Of a stretch of DNA of 64,000 bases, positions 1-13,665 are shown piece by piece (positions within the stretch are counted from its first letter, which is position 1; every line of letters begins with the position of its first letter). The notes below the pieces were generated by a model, which did not search any database, was not told the origin of the DNA, and saw only the letters and a program-made list of their open reading frames with translations. Location: positions 67,084,001 to 67,148,000 of the forward strand of contig OX597825.1 of NCBI GenBank assembly GCA_951406725.2, given 5' to 3'. A program made the position numbers and the translations under genes. Source of the DNA: Octopus vulgaris. Taxonomy: Eukaryota.

Positions 1-677
1 ATACAAAATTTCTGAACTTACGCTTTGTCGTAACTAAATTGAATTTCTCGATAAATGATAGCTCTACCACTACCACTACCACCACCACCACCACCAGCAT
101 CTCTACCCAAGAAAAATTCTACCTCGTAGGGTAGTGCTAATCATGATTTTAAATCTTCTTCTTCACCAGCCGAACCAGTAGCAAACACCTTACTTTGCTG
201 AATTTTTTTTCTTCTGTCTAAATATTGACATCTGCCGGACGTAAAATTTGGCACTCTCGAGATATGCAATATTCAAATAGAATGTAACTTGGCAGTTCTC
301 CTCTTCGTACAAATGCAATATTTCAATATATACACAGACACACATTTACTTAACTTACATTCATCCTTACACACACACACACACAATCACACCTACTCAC
401 ATATACACACACATTTAAACACGTATTGTGTCGGTAACAATCTCACCGTATTATGATTTGAGCATATTAGAAAGTATTGGTTGTTTTGCATTGTGGTTCG
501 AACTATATATCTTGAACTTTTGGTACATTGCTACTCTAATGTCGTGTGTTATATTAAACCTTTCATTTACGTGAACGTGTCTTTAAAAATCTTCATCGCT
601 CGTTGCAGAAATTTGGGACATTTTTGGATCACATTACTTTTGCGTCTACTATTGTGGTTGAAACTGTACTTACATAC

Positions 678-1065
678 GTGGAGGCGCAATGGCCTAGTGG
701 TTAGGGCAGCGGACTCGCGGTCATAGGATCGCGGTTTCGATTCCCAGACCGGGCGTTGTGAGTGTTTATTGAGCGAAATCACCTAAAGCTCCACGAGGCT
801 CCGGCAGGGGATGGTGGTGATCCCTGCTGTACTTTTTCACCACAACTTTCTCTCACTCTTACTTCCTGTTTCTGTTGTACCTGTATTTCAAAGGGCCGGC
901 CTTGTCACTCTCTGTGTCACGCTGAATATCCCCGAGAACTACGTTAAGGGTACACATGTCTGTGGAGTGCTTAGCCACTTACACGTTAATTTCACGAGCA
1001 GGCTGTTCCGTTGATTCGGATCAACCGGAACCCTCGTCGTCGTAACCGACTGAGTGCTTCCATCC
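678..1065 (+). mobile_element. tRNA-derived SINE, family A, full length with 10-bp TSD
   Basis: tRNA-like head with A-box-like TGGCCTAGTGG and B-box-like GGTTTCGATTCC. Near-identical to 15846-16235 and 49711-50095. Flanked by the direct repeat ACTTACATAC (668-677, 1066-1075). Confidence 0.93.
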
Positions 1066-1875
1066 ACTTACATACATATATTCTGGATATACTTCTGGCC
1101 TTGTGAAGGGAGTTAACAACGATACAATGTGATTATATCTTCGCTGTTATCCCCCTTATTTCAGTTTCAGTGTAAAATCCATTATCATTTTTGGACGACA
1201 GTTGTAAATGTTGGATGATAATGTTTGCTTGAATATTTTGTTGGATTTCCACAAACATTACTTTTATGTGTTTAGAAACCTTGGTTGGGATAGATCTGTA
1301 TCAGTTTAGAGTATTAGGAGAAATTAATCTATATCAAGAACAAATCGTTTGGCAGCAGTTAACCCGTGTTTCTCCAGTCTTCCCTGGAGACGTCTTATAT
1401 TTCAATACTGTAAGTTTTAAGTTGTATATTTAACTAGCTTCAAGACATTAAGTATTTAAACGTCTGGCTGAAATTTCTCATAGTTCGATTCTAGAGTTTA
1501 GTCATTAGCTTGTCTCGAGAAACTATTAATATGCAAGAAACTATTAATATGCATATGCAAGAAGTAATTAATTTGAACATAATTTTTGGTTTATACATTA
1601 TATTGTAAGAAGTGCTGTATTGTGAAATCAATGAACACGAAGAGAACGGAAACAGGACAGTAGGGATACGTTTTAAGAAAGTTAATTTTTTAACGTGTAA
1701 AAGGAAGGGATCCCTTCAGACACACACACACACAATCACACACACCCAAACACACACGCACACACACACACATACACACACACATATATATATATATACA
1801 TACACTCACATTCACGCACGCATGCACACACACACATATGAAAAATCAAAATAAGTAACAGGATATCAAGTAGTA

Positions 1876-1949
1876 ATGCAGTATGGCCGTTTCAAGTGGC
1901 TCCATGTAATTGAACAATGCAATCATTACAGTGCTATCTTCAGTTGCAC
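1876..1949 (-). ncRNA. Degenerate type I hammerhead ribozyme-like motif
   Basis: Minus strand reads GTGCAA-CTGAAGA-[stem II with TGTAAT/ATTACA]-GAAA-CGGCCA-TA-CTGCAT. Core intact; one mismatch each in stem I and stem III. Confidence 0.45.
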
Positions 1950-2765
1950 AAATAAATTGAATCTTAACAAGTAGTACACATTAATATAATTTCTATTAAA
2001 TATTTTAACAGAGTAAGAAGATGTAGGCAATTCATGTTGTCACTATTGTAGCTAAGAATAGACTACATCTTCTAAGAATCGCATGGTGCATTGAGGGGTC
2101 ATAGGGTTGTAAGTGTTGTAATTCATTTCTAATTCATTTATCTCTATATCTTCTACTAAATGTGAGACTAGGAGATTGTGTCTATTTTAATTAAAGGACA
2201 AGAGGGAATTGACTGCTCATGGCTAGGCATGGTCATAAATATTATCATAGGTAACCCATAGAAGAAATAAGACATTATGAATAGTCGGTTGATAGGAATA
2301 AATGTCTATAAAAAGAGGCAGAGTAGGGGTAGACTTTAAATCATGATGTAAATTACCAGTTAAAGGGGAAAGACAATAAGAAATTTATGATGTTAATACA
2401 GGGAAAATTTTAATAAGGGCACTATAGTAAGAATTCCAAAAATAATATCATAACCAAAATTGCTGAAAAGTGTGTATATATCAATTATAAACATTAAAAA
2501 GGAAGATTACATAGAATCAGTTTAATATCCAATCATCTACTTAATTAATTAATTATTAGTCTGTTGTTGGTTACTAGAAAGACTGCTGAAGGCACTTACG
2601 TATAGAATAATTGGAAAGATATACATATATCTATTAATTTTAAGGCATGTATCAGAAAAGTGTAAAAATACATAAACATGCATATACAAAGAGGGTTCTT
2701 TTTACATATATATATACGTACACACACGCGAACACATATATATGTATATGTGCATATATGCATAT

Positions 2766-2874
<109 letters not shown>

Positions 2875-3315
2875 AATATTTATACGCTTATATGAACATA
2901 GTATAGATAATTTGCATTGACTACGTTAAAATAATTTAATAGATTCGTTTTTTGATTTCGTTTCAGGTATATCTTTCGAGGAATGCATAGTTCCTAGCCT
3001 TCTTTCACTCAAACAGATGATTGTATTTTGAATAAAAGGTAAAAAAAAAAGGGTAGCTGTTTAGAACCGTTTCAGAGGTAGTGAGGTTTGAGAAAGAAGT
3101 TCAGAAATGGTTATATGAGTTGTGTAGTCGTGAATGTGCGTGTGTGCGCGTGTAGGTGTATGTGTATGGTAAATGTGTTTGTATGTTAGGCTGTTGATTT
3201 TGATGCCATGTGGGTAGTGTTATTTATAAATCGAATGAGGCAGTTGGATAAGGGATACAGATTGTATAAACAATAAAGCAACTGGCGCAGTAATAAAAAT
3301 TGCGTGGAAGCTATA

Positions 3316-3365
<50 letters not shown>

Positions 3366-3554
3366 CATGCACACAAACACACTCATATAGATAGATACAT
3401 ACAAACACACACATGTATGTGTGTGTGCCCGCGTATATGTGTGTAATTGTGTATTTATAGAGAAAAGTATTATAAACATAAGCTGCAAGTTAAACATGCA
3501 TACCTATACATGTATGTATATTGTGCAGAGAGAGGGGGAGTGAGATACACAGTC

Positions 3555-3597
<43 letters not shown>

Positions 3598-4140
3598 TTT
3601 GATGGAGAGAGAACCTGTGTTTAGGCTGGCTCAGAGGGTTTAGAGTAAAATATTTATTTATTTTTTATTTGTTTGTTTTTACAAAATATAAATAGTTCCT
3701 AGCTTTAGGGACAATTGGCCAGTCGTAGAAATCATCTGACTTCTTCAGAAATAACTGATTTGAGAAAAACAAAACAATAATAATATTACTAAGAAGACGA
3801 AATGAAAACAGATAGAAAAGAGAGAAAAAAAAAACAGCAAACAAACAGTAAAATTAAGAACTCAAACAACTAACAAGGATGTTGAATTAAAGGAAGTACA
3901 ACGTGTGTTAAAATTATGGCGTCGTCAGAGGATGGCAAAATTCTGCTGAGACGGTCGGAAGAAGTTGCTGCTTGTATTTAATAATGCCGGCTTTAGTTCT
4001 AAGAATAAGCGATCCCGCGGGAGATTTAACACGTTTAACGCAAAGTCTTTAATCATTTTATATAGGATACGATTCCACTATATTTGTTTGGTTTTGAGCC
4101 AACCTAAAGAAAATTAACAAGTATACATCTGTACACGTGG

Positions 4141-4229
<89 letters not shown>

Positions 4230-4495
4230 CCTGTTGAGAGATTTGTTCAGCAAAAATATATTATTGCGATACTTACACTTAGCTTTTTGCTATTTTTGCT
4301 ACTGAAGAAAAATGTTGGCTACTTACTCGTTAGAGCAAATCTATTCACAGGGGATATATAGGAAGATATATATATATTTAGGCGGGCAATTTAGACTGGT
4401 CGTGGGCATGCATACGTGCATATATATGTATGTATACGTTCGTATATGTAAGTATTCGTATGTTGTATATATTTGTATTTATGTACTATCTGTGT

Positions 4496-4558
4496 ATATT
4501 CGACTGATGAGGCAAAGCATTTCTTATGCAGAGTCAGAAATCCGGGATCTGGAAATAT
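4496..4558 (+). ncRNA. Type I hammerhead ribozyme-like motif in a TA-abutting element
   Basis: ATATTCGA-CTGATGA(4504-4510)-GGC..GCAT/ATGC..GTC-A-GAAA(4537-4540)-TCCGGGA-TC-TGGAAATAT. Stem I is imperfect. Confidence 0.55.
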
Positions 4559-4694
4559 CCAGTAATTTTTTGCTAGTTAATTTTGTATTTTTGTTTTCTC
4601 TCCTGTTGCTGTATGAACATTTAATGTGGTTTTAGAGTTAAGTTTTGGCTGCTATTTCCAGCGTGTTGATATCTCTTAGATACCCTAAATTATA

Positions 4695-4698
<4 letters not shown>
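4496..4698 (+). mobile_element. Penelope-like pLTR/retrozyme-type remnant ending at (TA)n
   Basis: Homologous to 37719-37909; carries the hammerhead-like motif; its 3' end joins a (TA)n run. The PLE assignment is inference. Confidence 0.55.
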
Positions 4699-4746
<48 letters not shown>

Positions 4747-4855
4747 AGAGAGAGACAGAGCGAGAGGAAGTGAAGAGTTTTCGTCAGAATGACTCAAACC
4801 AATAGGCATGCGTTTTGAGTGTTCAAATAGTTTGAAAACATACACTTGTATATGT

Positions 4856-4920
<65 letters not shown>

Positions 4921-4964
4921 TGTGTTTGTGTGTTTGTGTACGCAAATACGTACACAACCAAGCG

Positions 4965-5214
4965 CATAAACACATTGAGCAGTTGGCCTTAAGATGAACA
5001 GCATGACAGTAAAGTAGATGAGGTCCGAAAACGTAGTACAAAGTTTTTATACAAGTGGCAAGTGATAAAATCGAGGAGTTCGCCATAACCTTCTGCTGGA
5101 GCCGCGTGGCGCTTCGGTGTTTCGTTCATAAACACACAGATCTCCCGGTCTGAGATTCGAGCCCACGAACCCTCGATCGCAAGTCCGCTGCTCTAACCAC
5201 TAGGCCATGTGCCT

Positions 5215-5217
<3 letters not shown>
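4965..5217 (-). mobile_element. Diverged family-A-related tRNA SINE
   Basis: Reverse complement begins TGGAGGCACATGGCCTAGTGGTTAGAGCAGCGGACTTGCG, matching the family A head. The 3' boundary is approximate. Confidence 0.75.
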
Positions 5218-5250
<33 letters not shown>

Positions 5251-6050
5251 ATATATTTATATACATATCTATAAATATACATATAAGGATACATGCATAT
5301 ATACATTCCTACTTGCATACACACATACATAAATACGTACTTATATACATACTACAAAATAATAATAGGTACAGCAAACTGTCTAAGTACAAGTACTGTT
5401 CAACACACATATGCACACACACTCACACACACAAACATACACGAACGCACACAAACGCGCAGGCACACATTCACCTACGCGCGCAAACATACGCATATAT
5501 TAATTCCGTGATGTATTCCTGATATCAAACTGATTGCTCTTATCCTGGCTGTATATTACAATTTTCCTGTCACTCATCAGTTTTCCCCACTCCAACTTAA
5601 AGTTCATGTCAAGTACGTTTAGATTGTATTTGTCGTGTTTGTTTGCGCCCTCACACTTGAATAATTCTCACTTTGTCATCAATGTTTATATTACTTTTAT
5701 CAATAGGTGTCTCCAGAGATTGATATAGAATTTCGTGTTTTAGTAATGCTTTATTAATGTTTTGATTGAACTGGAACTTCCTGTCGATAAAGCAGGAATG
5801 AAATTTGAATAGTGAAATATATCCTGTAAATGTTTAAGAAATCTATCTAGCATTTTCTCTGTTTTGTAGACTCTTAGTCCGTCAAATTTTAGTTCTATGT
5901 ATTTATTCAACCATATATAAACATACATGCCATACATGTGTGTGTACGTATGTATCAATTGGCTATAATAAATACATACCTACATACATACCTACATACA
6001 TAGCTACTACATATTTACATACATGCATAGATATACATATATATATTAGA

Positions 6051-6278
6051 CAGCGAGCTGGCAGAATCGTTAGCACGCCGCGCGAAATGCGTAGCTGTAT
6101 TTCGTCTGCCGTTACGTTCTGGGTTCAAATTCCGCCGAGGTCGACTTTGCCTTTCATCCTTTCGGGGTCGATAAATTAAGTACCAGTTACGCACTGGGGT
6201 CGATGTAATCGACTTAATCCATTTGTCTATCCTTGTTTGTGCTCTCTATGTTTAGCCCCTTGTGGGTAGTAAAGAAAT
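6051..6278 (+). mobile_element. tRNA-derived SINE, family B
   Basis: GCGAGCTGGCAGAATCGTTAGC head, central GTCGACTTTGCCTTTCATCCTTTCGGGGTCGATAAATTAAGTACCAG, 3' GCCCCTTGTGGG..AAAGAAAT. Many copies in the window. Confidence 0.9.
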
Positions 6279-6469
6279 ATATATATATTAGACATAATAA
6301 GATAACAAAGCCAAGGGTGTGAGGAGCTTTCAGGACATTTATATGGAATAGTTTCACAGCTGATTTCTGGGATATTATATATGAGTAAATACGAGAATGA
6401 TAGTATTATCAAAATACCATCACTAGTTGCAAGCGAATATCAGCCGTACAGGCGAATTATAAAAATAAT

Positions 6470-6535
<66 letters not shown>

Positions 6536-6694
6536 GCACATATAAACACACACACACACAACGGTCTTACATGTATACCCGGATCGCTAAAAATAGAAGT
6601 AAAAAATAATTCTGTGCCACAAAATATTCTCAAAATAAATACAGGAATCGTAGGAAAAAGTTTTAGCGATACAAGTATTCTCGTAGTACCCTTG

Positions 6695-6729
<35 letters not shown>

Positions 6730-6737
<8 letters not shown>

Positions 6738-6854
6738 ATTAGGGCTTAGTAAAATAAATTACTTTGCCACATACTGAACTTAGTGGAAATAGTAGAAATA
6801 CTAAGTTCAGTATGTGGCAAAGTAATTTATTTTACTAAGCCCTAATTATATATT
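6730..6854. repeat. Perfect 55-bp inverted repeat (foldback) with 15-nt spacer, next to (TA)n
   Basis: 6730-6784 is the exact reverse complement of 6800-6854. Confidence 0.95.
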
Positions 6855-6938
6855 GTAATATTTTGAATTCGCCTTAAATGGTCCTTTTACATACTGAACA
6901 CTTGGTGAAATTGATTAATTAATTTTACTCTCAATTGT

Positions 6939-7072
<134 letters not shown>

Positions 7073-7140
7073 TTATATATATATATATATATACATAAAT
7101 GAATACATATAAACTTACATACAAATACATACATATATAC

Positions 7141-7199
<59 letters not shown>

Positions 7200-7428
7200 A
7201 GTGACCCATTGAGGGTGACGTGTGAGAATTCATCTTTTGTTGAACGACCTGCACAAATAATTTCTTTATAGTGATCAAACATTCCTGCTGCAAAGTAGCC
7301 CACTTTCCCACTCTCTACCATGTGTCAGGTGTCGAAGAGATCCCAGAGCAACGTCGGATGAAAAGGTTTGCTCAAGAACACACAATGTACCAAACAGGTT
7401 AGGATTTGAAATCACGATCGCCAGAGAT
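7200..7428 (-). mobile_element. Degenerate SINE-like remnant (tRNA head plus CORE-like segment)
   Basis: Minus strand has GATCGTGATTTCAAATCC followed by GTGTTCTTGAGCAAAC, resembling a tRNA B-box then a CORE-like motif. Confidence 0.45.
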
Positions 7429-7445
7429 TTACTTCATACATACAT

Positions 7446-7544
<99 letters not shown>

Positions 7545-8011
7545 CATCTGCCCATATATATAAGCGATCTGCCCACGTGAATTCTCTTTAAAAAACTGAA
7601 CAACGTTGAATAATGATATTCTTACATGAGTTGAACCAAATCAGGAAGGGTTCTTATTCCCAGTTAATGCTATTTTACCTATCCAACCTCACGTATTTAT
7701 CTAGATTATTATTACTATTATTATTATTATTATTATGATTATTATTATTATTATTATTATTATTATCGTTGTGGTTGTTGTTGTTGTTATTATCATAATT
7801 TTCTTTTCACTCTTGCTTTCCTTAAAATTTTTGTTCATGTGAACGGATTTTTTATCAGGAAAATATGAACAGAACACACTATTTTGAGATGAGAAATTTA
7901 CCAAAGTTACATTTAAAAAGCAGATATCCATTTCCAGATTGAGGTACCATATTTGGGCACCAGAGCGAATATGAAATTCTCTCTTTGATCTATACTCTGC
8001 ATCTTCCGACT

Positions 8012-8118
<107 letters not shown>

Positions 8119-10579
8119 TGCTGTATGTATATAAGCGAATAGTTTTTTGAGCATGTATCTGGTATACATTCATGCATACACACATACACAAACATATATA
8201 TATATATATATTGATAGATAGATAGATGTAGATATAGATATAGATAGATAGATATGTGTGTATATATGTATGTATGCATTATACATGTATACATATATGT
8301 AAGCTCAATGTGGTGTATCACGGACCAATGAGTACTCTATTCATTGCGGAATCTAAGTTTGTTTTCAGCAGGTAATCCTGTAATTGTCTTTTGTCTACTG
8401 ATTCCATTAAGCTGCCTGCTATCTTACATAAAGTTTCATGTTGCTGTTTTATCAATGAAATACATAGTACGTTAAGGACCGATTTTCACTTCCTAAATAT
8501 GATATATGATGAATAATTATCACCTAGGAATTTCTAATTATATAAGAGTGACGATCACTTATGAAATAATAATATGATTAGTTATTAATTAGTGAGTTCA
8601 CAGGTTTGAAAATTTACTTAATAAACGACGATACCTATACAAGTGGATGCATTTAATTATAGGTATGTGATAAAGACTCTTTGTATGAAGGCTTACAATT
8701 GGGCGAACATTAGTGATAATCGCTTCCGCTAGAGACTGTGGCTAAACAATTGTTTAAAAGAAAGATGAACGCAAACCGTAAGGTTGATAATGAAGAAAAA
8801 CAAATTCGACGCAAATAGCAGATGTGGTTAGCAGAGAGAGCCTTGAAGTTAACTCACTACAAACAGGTGAGGGTTAACATTTTGCAGCGGATTTTCTTCT
8901 GCCAACGAGACCAAAATAAAACTTTTCGAATACAGATCCACTTTCTTCTGAGACTTATAGATGCTTTATCATGATGTGAATTTAAAACAGATTTTCCATT
9001 CAGCAATTTTGGAAGACGAAACGGAAATGGAAACAGAAGCGGCTATTTTGTTAGGTGGTATTTGGCATTTGGTGAGAGGAGGAGTTCGAACAGAGTGAAT
9101 AGTGATAAAATATCGAAGTTCAGAAGAACAAAGACCAAAAAAAACTGCAGAAAATAGCGCAATAACAAGACGTAAATGAATGGAGATAAAATAAATGAAA
9201 GGAAAAGAAAATGATAACAAATGACGTAATGAAAATATTAAAAGCAAAGCAATAATAAATGGGTTGAGAGAAGAAAATAACGAATAAAGAGTTTAGTATT
9301 TGGTTACGAGAGTAGATTATAGAGAGAGGGTAAAGCAAGCAAAAAGGGCATAATCGGAAGAGATAATATTGCAAAATACAGAAAAAAAAAACATCAGAGG
9401 AAGGGTCATTAAGTGGGGTCAACGTTCGAAAATAATGCATAACCTAACCACAAGTATAAAAAGAAAATAGCGTTAAAAGAAAAGAAATTGGGGAGGTGAA
9501 TAAATATAGACAGAAAGACTACATATCAACATACTGTAAAAAGAGAATGTTTTAGAGAGAAAGAGATGGAGAGAGAGATTCCTTAATGTGAATAGAGAAT
9601 GCACAATTTAGATAGAGAATGTGTATACAAAGGTACATATATACATTCGCACATATTTGCATTTATAAGCATGCAACATCCTTTATTCATATATGAACAC
9701 AGCTATGAAAAGTACGATCCATGCAAACACAAACTTATTTAGGAAAGTAAGAAAGAAGAAAATGGCGTCATATACGACAAATGCGTATAACATAAAGAAA
9801 GGTAGGAGTGAGAAAAGCTGAAACAAAGGCAAGACTTTCAATTATGGAGTGTGGTGTTATGGTTCCCATTGTTCTTCCCTATGATTTAGTCAATCGCCTG
9901 GATTTAAAGAGTTGATCCCGCCCTCCGCTCCACACACACACACCCATACATACAATGGAAAGGAAGTGGGAAAAGAAGAATGCAAAAGCAATAATGTAGC
10001 TATGGTTAATTCCGGAGATCCAAAGCAGATTACATGTTTATGGTATATCCAGTAGATTTTATTGCGATTTTGTGTATCTACTAGATTTTATTGTTATTAA
10101 CTGATTCAAATACTGCGAATAGGTTAAATAAAGGCATACAGCTAACGATATAAGCATGCGTGTATAAATAAATAAAAAAGATACGTACATAGATACATAC
10201 ATACATAGACGCATACACACATACATATGACCGAAACAGGAATACTGTCAGAATCAATCTCTGAAGAAAAGAATTAAGAAAAGGCTTAAGATCAATTTAG
10301 AAAACTTTTGAGTATTGTATAATGTCACTGAGACAGGATATGCTAAACAACAGCAGCAAAAATCGATTCCCAAACAATTGATCAAAAATGAAAGGAAAAA
10401 CATACTACATGTCGGCTGTAAATTCATCAAGTGGTACTTGCATCACGATCGACTATCACGTTACCCTAGAATTTCTAGACCACAATGTCTCAACAAAATG
10501 TGAGAAGAGAAATTCTTTAAATATATCAAAATAGGTATTAAGGGATACGTTTTGTTGTACGCTTGAGTATGACTAATAT

Positions 10580-10790
10580 TCGTTTCAAATTTTCCCTCAA
10601 GTCCAGCAATTATGGGGGAGGTGTATGTCGATTACGTCCCCCCCCCCAGTGCTCGATATATACTTATTTTATCGACCCCGAAACCATGAGAGGCAAAGTC
10701 GACGCCGACGTTGTGGGAACTCAGGAGGTAAAAAAGGACTATATGCCCCTAGGCTTTTGCCCGACGTTCTAACGAGTCAGCTGGCACGCT
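10580..10790 (-). mobile_element. Degenerate family B SINE
   Basis: TACTTATTTTATCGACCCCGAAA..AGGCAAAGTCGAC is the reverse complement of the family B central domain. Confidence 0.75.
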
Positions 10791-13039
10791 GCGTTAAGTA
10801 TCATTCTAATATTATGATAGAGTGTTGCCACTGTAAGTTACGGGACCGTTACATCACTGCAAACTTTGAAGGCCATAACTGTGCAAGCCAAGAGCAAGAT
10901 ATAACTACAAAATATATTTTGATAAAAAAAGACAGTGGTGTCCTTAAACCCTCGAGATGCAATCGGATATATCGATTATATGAAATTTGTTTGTAGATAG
11001 ATAGATATATGATACCTTAGCGGCATCATATTATTGCTAAAATAATATGCAATATCATACATAAGTAAAAATGCCGTGGTATAAATATTGAAAATACTCC
11101 CATTATTGAATAGTATACATACCATCATATGAAATATTGGCGGAACATTCCCATCAAAATTTTTGCTGGGTGCAAACATAATATGAGTAATATGGCTGCG
11201 AGGGGGAAAATGGGAAAAGGTTGGGTTTTTTGTTTTTGCTTTTTTCAAAATGAGTGATAATGAGAATTTCTATGGATTTCGAAAAAGCCGACTTCAAATA
11301 TCAAGATTACAAATTTCCATTAATACAGATGAATTATTAGAACACTTGGTTGTGTACGTAAATGTCTCAAAGTTTAATATCGAAAAGCTAGCAGTTTCAA
11401 ACCCAGAAAGTGATCGATCAGCTAACACAGGCTTTAAATATATATTCTGTTGCTCAAACAATAAAAGCATGTAAGAGTTTTTTTATAAAGTTCAACAGAT
11501 AACACATCGTTTTTATTCCATGAAATTCCATGAATAGAGGCTTGCTTTATTTGTTAGGAATCAGCTCCTTATGTATAGAAGGAACCAAATAGTAAAAACA
11601 ATAAAAAATAAAACCACGATATACATACGTACACAAGAATCGATCGTAGTGTCTCTAATGAGATTAAGGATCACAGGAGTTTATTTTAAGCAAGCAACAT
11701 CTAAGAAAAGCTATTTAACTGGCAATGTAATGGGCCACTTTAATGACTCTGACATTCGAAATCAAAACAGGAAACAACACACTAAATGGGGGTAAGAAAT
11801 ATTAATGGTCTACGAATTGTGTGACACACCTCCATCCAATGATCTTAGATGATAATAGTTTAATAAAGTTTTCCTGAGTTTTTCCTTCGGGTAATTTGAT
11901 AATAACTTACCGTCATAAATATTAGCAGTCATAAAGAGAGTAACGGAAATAAAACAATTAGTTTTTTTTTTAAATACCAAATCCTGATTAAAACTATTTC
12001 ACTTCATTTATGGCTCCAATGTTCTCTAGAAAATGTCTGAGATATATTCCTTATGTACGATTTTCTCATAAATAACTAACTTTTTTCCCATGCTTTTGAT
12101 GCCATTTAGAATAGAAAATTTGCTTTGGGATAATTTTTGTTTTCCATGCAGAGTGAAATTTATTGAAACGCATTCTGTTCTACATTTGTGAATATATACG
12201 GCGCTGCTGTGAGAGTTGATGGGTTACAGAATGAATGTGTCATCATCGAAGCCATATATTTTCCAACCAATTACCATGACAAAGTAGTCTCGATTAATTA
12301 GTGAATATAAATGTGCCCAAATTCATTTACTTATCAACTCGTTTTTATAAATATTTATTAAACATTAGTTTCAAGCAGCTAAGTTATTAGAATTACACGA
12401 AAGAAGAAAATTCTCAATTAGTTATTAGCATTACTTAACAATAAATTCTTTCTACCTTTCAGCAAAATCACAATAAAAAAAAATGCCTACGTAAATACGA
12501 ATAAGTTAAACATTGAAGAAAAACCAAAATGGAGAAAATCGTGTTGAACATCTATCAAAATACCCGAGAAACAAAGGTTTTATAAATTAATTGTGTTTTA
12601 CGGCGCTTGAGAAATTTTATTTTTTTCCCAGTGAACAAGTTTAAAATGAAATAAAAGATTAATTATAACACGAATATATTGAAGGTAGACAACATGGAAA
12701 GTTAGTTTATTATGTTTTCTTTGATTAAAACTATTGCTACAATAGAAATGTTGATTCTTTTATTAAATTGTCGCTCTACAGCAATTTAAAAAGATTAAAC
12801 AAAATTTTTCCTTAATAATAGTAATTTACTTGCTAAAGATTATTATAGTTATTTAAGTTTAAATAGATAAACACACTTGAAACTCTAACTAGAAAATTAA
12901 TGGAAAACATTTCAAATCAAATGAGAAATAAATCAATCGAAGTTTCATAGTTTATCCTAGTTCTTAGATTAGGTCAGCATTCCCCGAGCATTTAAAATTG
13001 CTGATTTTTTACGTTTTTCTTTATTCTTTTTCTTGTTAA

Positions 13040-13665
13040 CATCATTGAAATGCAGCCAAGCTGGGGCGCCATCTTGAAAGGATTAATGTGTCAGATCGAA
13101 CCCAGGATTTATTTTAAGTTTAGTTCTTATGCCATCGGAAAATTTTCGCCGAACCGCTATTTTTAGGGAGCATTTACAAACCAACATAGTGTGCCAGTCA
13201 GTAAGAAACAAATTCAGACATATACATGCATAGACAGACTCATAGGTCCGTATATAAAAATATATACATAGATATATCAAAGAGATTTAAAGAGTCTTCC
13301 CGAGCCATAGTCTCATACGGTTAGTTTCCCGAATTCCGCGGCATAAATATTACCCATACATCTTTACTACCTGAGTAAACTGGAGCTACGGGAAATGAAG
13401 AGCTTTGCTCAAAAATACAACGCATCACTCGGTTCAGGAATCGAAATCACTAAGCCCCGAGTCTTCTCATATACGTACACAAACGCGCGAACACGCACGT
13501 ACATATACGGCGGAATTCTTGTGTTTCCATCGGCCAAATTCACTACCAAGGTATTGATCGTGTCAAGGTCATTGTAGAAGACAATTGCTCAAGGTTCCAT
13601 ATAATGGGTGTGAACCTCAAACTATGTTCATACAAAACGAACTGCTAGACCGCACATCCACATAT
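13040..13665 (-). mobile_element. Old degenerate CORE-type SINE fragments (family C-like, with an additional SINE piece at about 13320-13470)
   Basis: Matches to the family C 3' end (GCTGGGGCGCCATCTTGAA) and 5' end (GTAGAAGACAATTGCTCAAGG) in reverse orientation. Confidence 0.55.

Noticed and set aside
679-750. tRNA gene calls at SINE heads
   Set aside because: They continue into shared SINE bodies with TSDs and lack a proper acceptor stem.
811-1014. 67-aa ORF MVVIPAVLFHH repeated at 15980 and 49758
   Set aside because: It lies inside family A SINE copies; the repetition reflects the SINE, not a gene family.
2967-3038. 72-bp exon-like segment (polypyrimidine-CAG ... AAG/GTAAAA)
   Set aside because: Stop codons occur in all three frames and no partner exons are visible; it could only be a non-coding or terminal exon, which cannot be supported here.
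5545-5590. Minus-strand CTGATGA...GAAA
   Set aside because: Stems I-III do not pair; chance match. The same applies to CTGAAGA at 50630 and 36123.
8760-9100. Short ORFs and a CAG/GTGAGG donor-like site
   Set aside because: The peptides are short and unrecognisable; such signals are expected by chance.
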